Source of the DNA: the human T2T-CHM13v2.0 reference genome, Homo sapiens
Length of the DNA stretch: 64,000 nucleotides
Direction: 5' to 3'
Assembly (NCBI GenBank): GCA_009914755.4
Contig: CP086569.2
Span: 12,352,001-12,416,000 of the forward strand
The notes beneath the pieces are model-generated. The model worked only from the letters and a program-made list of their open reading frames with translations. It had not been told where the DNA came from and did no database searches. Positions 60,058 through 64,000 of the stretch are shown here, piece by piece. The translations under genes were made by a program, and so were the position numbers. Within the stretch, counting starts at the first letter, position 1. The number at the start of each line of letters is the position of its first letter.

Positions 60058-63000
60058 GGAAACTAAAGGAATAGAATAGAAAGGAATGGCATTGAATGGA
60101 ATGGAATGGAATGGAATCAGATGGAACAGAAAGGAATGGAATAGAATCGAATGGTATGGCATCGAATGGATTGGAATGGAAAGGAATGGAATGAACTCGA
60201 ATGGAATGTACTCAAATGGAATAGAATAGAATGGAATGGAAGTAAATATAATGGACTCGAATGGAATGGATTGGAATAAATTGGAATTGAATGTATTGGA
60301 TTCGATTGGAAAGGAATGGAATGGAATGGAATGGATTCGAATGGAATGGAATCGAATGGAATGGAACGAATTGGAATGTAATTGAATGGCGTCGAAAACA
60401 GTAGAAAGAAATGAAGTTTAATCGAATGATATCGAATGGAATTGAATGGAATGTACGCGAATGGAATGGACTGGAATGGAATGGACTCTATGGGAATGAA
60501 GAGGAGTGGAGTGGACTGGAATGTCATGGAGACGATTGGAATGGAAAGGAATGCAAAGGAATGGAATGGAATGGAATCTGATGCATCGCAATGGAATGGA
60601 ATGGGGTCGAATGGAATAGAATCGAAAGGAATGGCATCCAATGGAATGGAAACGAATTGAATGGAATGGCATGGAATGGAATGGAAAGGAATATAATGGA
60701 AAGGAATCGGATGGAACGGAATGGAATGGAATGGAGTCGAATGGAATAGAATCTAATAGAATTGCATTGATAGGAATGGAATCGAACGGACTCGAAAGGA
60801 TTGGAGCCTAACAGAAGAGAATCGAACAGAATAGCATCAAATGGAATGGAAATGAATGGAATGGAATGGAATGGAATGGAATGGAATGGAATGGAATGGA
60901 CACACATGTAATGGACTTGAATGGAATGGAATCAAATAGAATGGACGCGAATGGAATGGTCTCGAATGGAATTTATGAAAATAGAATGGAATCGAAATTC
61001 ATTGAACATTATGGAATGGAATCAAATGGAATGAAATCGAATGGAAGGAACCGGAATGGAATGTACTGGAATAGAACGGACTCGAATGTTACGGAAAGAA
61101 AAGTAAGTGATTCGGATGTCTTTTAATTGAATGGAATGAAATCAAATGGAATGGAAAGGAATAAAATGGAATGGAATGAAATAGAATGCAATAGAATGGA
61201 AGGGAGTGGAGTCGAGTTGAATGGAATCGAATTGAATGGAATAGAATGGAATAGAATCAAATGGAATGGATTCGAATGCAATGGAACCGAATGGAATGGA
61301 CTGGAACATAATGGAATCGAAAGGAATGGAAAGGAATTGAATGCAATGGAAAGCAATGGAATCGAATGTAATGGAGTCGTATGTAGTGGAGTCGAATGGA
61401 ATGGAATCAAATGGAAGGAAAAGAATACAATCGAATGGAATAGAATAGAATACAACAGAATGAAACGGAGTGGAATCGAGTGGGATGGAATAGAATTCAA
61501 TGGAATGGAAAGGAATGGAATCGAATGGAATGGAATCGAATGGAATGGAACCGAACAAAATGGAATTGAACAGATTAGAATCGAATGGATCCGAATCGAA
61601 TGGAATGGAATATAAGGGAATGGAATGGAATGGAATGGACCCAAATGTAATGAACTCTAATGAAATGGACTTTAATAGAATGGATTAGAAAACAATGGGC
61701 TCGAATGGAATTTAATCAAGTCGAATTTAATGGAATGGAATGGAATGCAAAACTATGGAATAGCATCAAATGGAATGGAACAGAATAGAGTGGAATGGAA
61801 TGGAATACACAGGTATAGAACAGACTCGAATGTAATGGATTGCAATGTAAGTGATTCAAAGGGAATGGAATCAAATGGAATATAATCAAATGGAATGGAA
61901 TGGAGTGCATTGGAATGGAATAAAATGGAATGCAAACAATGGTACAGAACTCATTTGAATCTAGAGGAATGGAATCGAATGCAATGGAAAAGAATGGAAT
62001 GGACACGAATGGAATGGATTGGAAACAAATGGAATGGAAAGGATTTTAATCATACAGAACAAAATAGAATGCAATGGACTCGAATGAAATGGAGTCGAAG
62101 AGAATAGTATCAAATGGAAAGGAATGGAATGCAATCGAATCGAATGGAATGTTAATGAAATTAATTGAAAGGAATAGAATGGAATGAAGTGTAACGGAAA
62201 GATATCGAATTGAATGGAATTGAATGGAATGGACACAAACGGAATGGACTGGAATGGAATGAACTGGAAAGGAATGGAATGGAGCGGAACGGACTCGAGT
62301 GCAATGGAATCGAATGGTATAGAATAGAATGGAATGGAATGGAAAGGAATAGAAGGGAATGGAATCGGATCCAACGGGACAGATTGGAATGGGGTAGAAT
62401 TGAATAGAATCGAATGGAATGGCATCGAATGTAATGGAATGGAATGGACTCGAATGGAATGGAGTGACATGTAATGGAATCGAAAGGAATGGAATCGAAT
62501 GAAATGGAATTGAATGGAATAGAAAGGAATAGAATGGAATGGAGTTTAATGGAAAGATATTAAAAGTAATGGAATGGAATTGAGTGGACACGAATGGAAT
62601 GGACTGGAATGGAAAGGACTCGAATGAAATGGAGCGCATTAGAATGGACTCGAATGGAATGGATTGGAGTGGAATGGTCTCGAATGGATTGGAAACGAAT
62701 GGAATGGAAAGGAGTAGAATGGAATGTAATCAAATGGAACGAAATGGAATGGAATGGATTCGACTGGAACAGAATTGAATGGAGTGGAATTGATTGGAAT
62801 GGAATGCAATCGAATGGAATGAACACGAATGGAATAGAATGAAATGAAATGGCATAGAATGGAATGGAATGGAATGGAATGGAATGGAATGGAATGGAAT
62901 GGAATGGAATGGAATGGAATGGAATGGCATGGCATGGAACGTGATGGAATGGAATGAAATTGATTGGAATGGGATGGGCCCAAAAGTAAAGGACTCAAAT

Positions 63001-63883
63001 AAAAGGGACTCAAATAGAATGAATTGGAAAGAAACGGTCTCGAATGTAATTCATTCGAATGGAATGATATTGAATGGAATGCAATAGTATGGAATGGTAT
63101 CGAATAGAATGGAATAGAATGGAATGGAATGGAACGGAATGGAGTGCATTTGAACGGACTCAAATGCAATAAATTGCAATATAATTGATTCAAATGGAAT
63201 GGAATCGAATAGAATGTAAACAAACGGAATGGAAGGCAATGCAATGGAAAGGAATCGAATGAAATGGACCCGAGTGGAATGGACTCACATAGAACAGCCT
63301 TGAATGTAATGGATGACAATGTATTAGATTCGAAAGGACTGAAATCGAATGGAATGTAATCAAATAGAACGGAATTGAATGCATGGAATGGCATAGAAAG
63401 TAATGCAATGGAATGGAATAGACTGGAATGGAATGGAATCGGATGGAATGTAATGAAATGTAATGGAAGGAATGCCATGGAATGGAATGGAATGGAATGC
63501 AATGGGCCGGTGTATAATGGAGTGCAATGGAATTCAGTGGAATGTAGTCAATAGGAATGAAATAGAATGGAATTCAATATAAGGGAATGGCATCCAATGG
63601 CAAGGAATGGAGTGGACTCCAATGGAAACAACATGAAAGGAATATAATATAATGGAATGGCATTGAACGAAATGGAAAGCAATGGAGTTAAAAGGTAAGA
63701 TATCGAATGGAAAAGAATTGAATGGACTCGAATGGAATATAACGGAATGGAATGGACTCGAATGGAATGTACTAGAGTTGAATGGAATCGAATGGAATGG
63801 AAAACAGTGGAAAGGAAAGGAAGGGAATTGAAAGGAAAGGAATAGAATGGAATGGAATCGGATAGAATGGAATTGAATGGAAT
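60058..63883. repeat. HOR short unit S5 (3826 bp)
   Basis: Near-identical to S2-S4. Three extra AATGG pentamers in the pure tract at ~62870-62930 explain the +15 bp. The junction is at 63267/63268. Confidence 0.85.
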
Positions 63884-64000
63884 GGAAACTAAAGGAATAG
63901 AATAGAAAGGAATGGCATTGAATGGAATGGAATGGAATGGAATCAGATGGAACAGAAAGGAATGGAATAGAATCGAATGGTATGGCATCGAATGGATTGG
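63884..64000. repeat. Start of a further short-type HOR copy (partial)
   Basis: The landmark 'ggaaactaaaggaatagaatagaaagg' restarts at 63884 in the short-type form. Confidence 0.75.

Larger units (their letters stand above)
1..64000. repeat. Pentameric (AATGG)n/(GGAAT)n satellite array, HSat3-like (human Satellite III family); AATGG-rich strand is +
   Basis: Essentially every 5-mer along the window is AATGG or a 1-mismatch derivative (CGAAT GG, CAATG G, AATAG, AATGT). There are no non-satellite stretches longer than ~80 bp. Divergent islands recur with strict ~7.5 kb or ~3.8 kb periodicity. One 10-mer, 'ggacccgagt', resembles the classical Sat III CAACCCGAGT motif on the GGAAT strand. Confidence 0.93.

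Noticed and set aside
1-64000. Hundreds of ORFs of 60-287 aa on both strands (e.g. 62639-63502 -, 47395-48243 -, 12937-13755 -, 16108-16719 +), including overlapping antisense pairs
   Set aside because: They are translations of a stop-free pentamer. AATGG read in frame gives N-G-M-E-W and its complement CCATT gives P-F-H-S-I. The products are extreme low-complexity (MEWNGMEWNG..., IPFHSIPFHS...), and the ORFs exist in several frames and on both strands simultaneously. There is no start-site context or domain-like sequence, and they repeat with the HOR. Not coding.
1-64000. CRISPR array or other prokaryotic repeat-spacer system
   Set aside because: There is no repeat-spacer architecture. The repeat unit is 5 bp with multi-kb HORs, there are no unique spacers of 25-40 bp between constant repeats, and there are no adjacent cas-like ORFs. 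The composition is eukaryotic satellite.
1-64000. Alpha-satellite / centromeric 171-bp repeat, or telomeric repeat
   Set aside because: No 171-bp periodicity, no CENP-B box (TTCGTTGGAAACGGGA), and no TTAGGG runs. The periodicity is 5 bp with 3.8 and 7.5 kb HORs.
1-64000. Assignment to HSat2 rather than HSat3
   Set aside because: HSat2 is more degenerate (~23-26 bp derived units rich in CGAATGG/ATCATC) and rarely contains long pure (AATGG)n runs. This window has many pure runs of 6-12 pentamers and a strict pentamer frame between islands. HSat2/HSat3 boundaries are fuzzy, however, and a database classifier should make the final call.
44749-64000. Identification of the ~3.8 kb HOR as DYZ1 (Yq12 3.56 kb HaeIII repeat) or another named HSat3 locus
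   Set aside because: The length is close to but not equal to 3.56 kb. The short units contain two GGCC sites (~51530 and ~52067 in S2) rather than the single site expected of a HaeIII-defined unit. I cannot recall the DYZ1 consensus well enough to match landmarks. Chromosomal assignment needs a database alignment.
1-64000. Canonical heat-shock elements (nGAAnnTTCn) as directly visible HSF1 sites
   Set aside because: GGAAT tandem repeats present GAA units only in direct orientation, not the alternating inverted arrangement of a canonical HSE. HSF1 association with HSat3 is known from experiment and cannot be read from this sequence.

Overview
The whole 64 kb window is tandem pentameric satellite DNA built from (AATGG)n / (GGAAT)n on the + strand (CCATT/ATTCC on the - strand). 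It carries frequent CGAATGG, CAATGG, AATAG and AATGT variants and short divergent islands. This composition and the higher-order organisation are characteristic of human/primate pericentromeric Satellite III (HSat3; (GGAAT)n, '(GAATG)n' in RepeatMasker terms). It is not prokaryotic DNA. I see no credible protein-coding genes, RNA genes, CRISPR arrays or transposon insertions. Every ORF in the six-frame track is an artefact of stop-free pentamer repeats: + frames read MEWNG/NGMEW-like, - frames read IPFHS/FHSIP-like.

The real structure here is higher-order repeat (HOR) organisation:
- Six tandem copies of a ~7.5 kb HOR span the first ~44.7 kb (unit starts at 9, 7509, 15024, 22525, 30036, 37238), with ~98-99+% copy-to-copy identity by eye.
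- Five copies of a ~3.8 kb HOR follow (starts at 44749, 48625, 52436, 56247, 60058, plus a partial copy at 63884).
- The short HOR equals the long HOR minus one internal 3,610-bp block (long-unit offsets ~3263-6872), with breakpoints in near-identical 'gaatcgaatgRaatgg' pentamer context.
- The first short unit (44749-48624) is a hybrid: long-type variants up to ~47400, short-type variants from ~47455.
- One long unit (30036-37237) carries a private ~379-bp deletion flanked by 'ggaatggaa' microhomology.
- Diagnostic single-base variants split the long units into an A set (copies 1-3) and a B set (copies 4-6), a pattern of local homogenisation.

No novel biological 'system' is present. The interesting content is satellite-array architecture and its recombination and deletion history.
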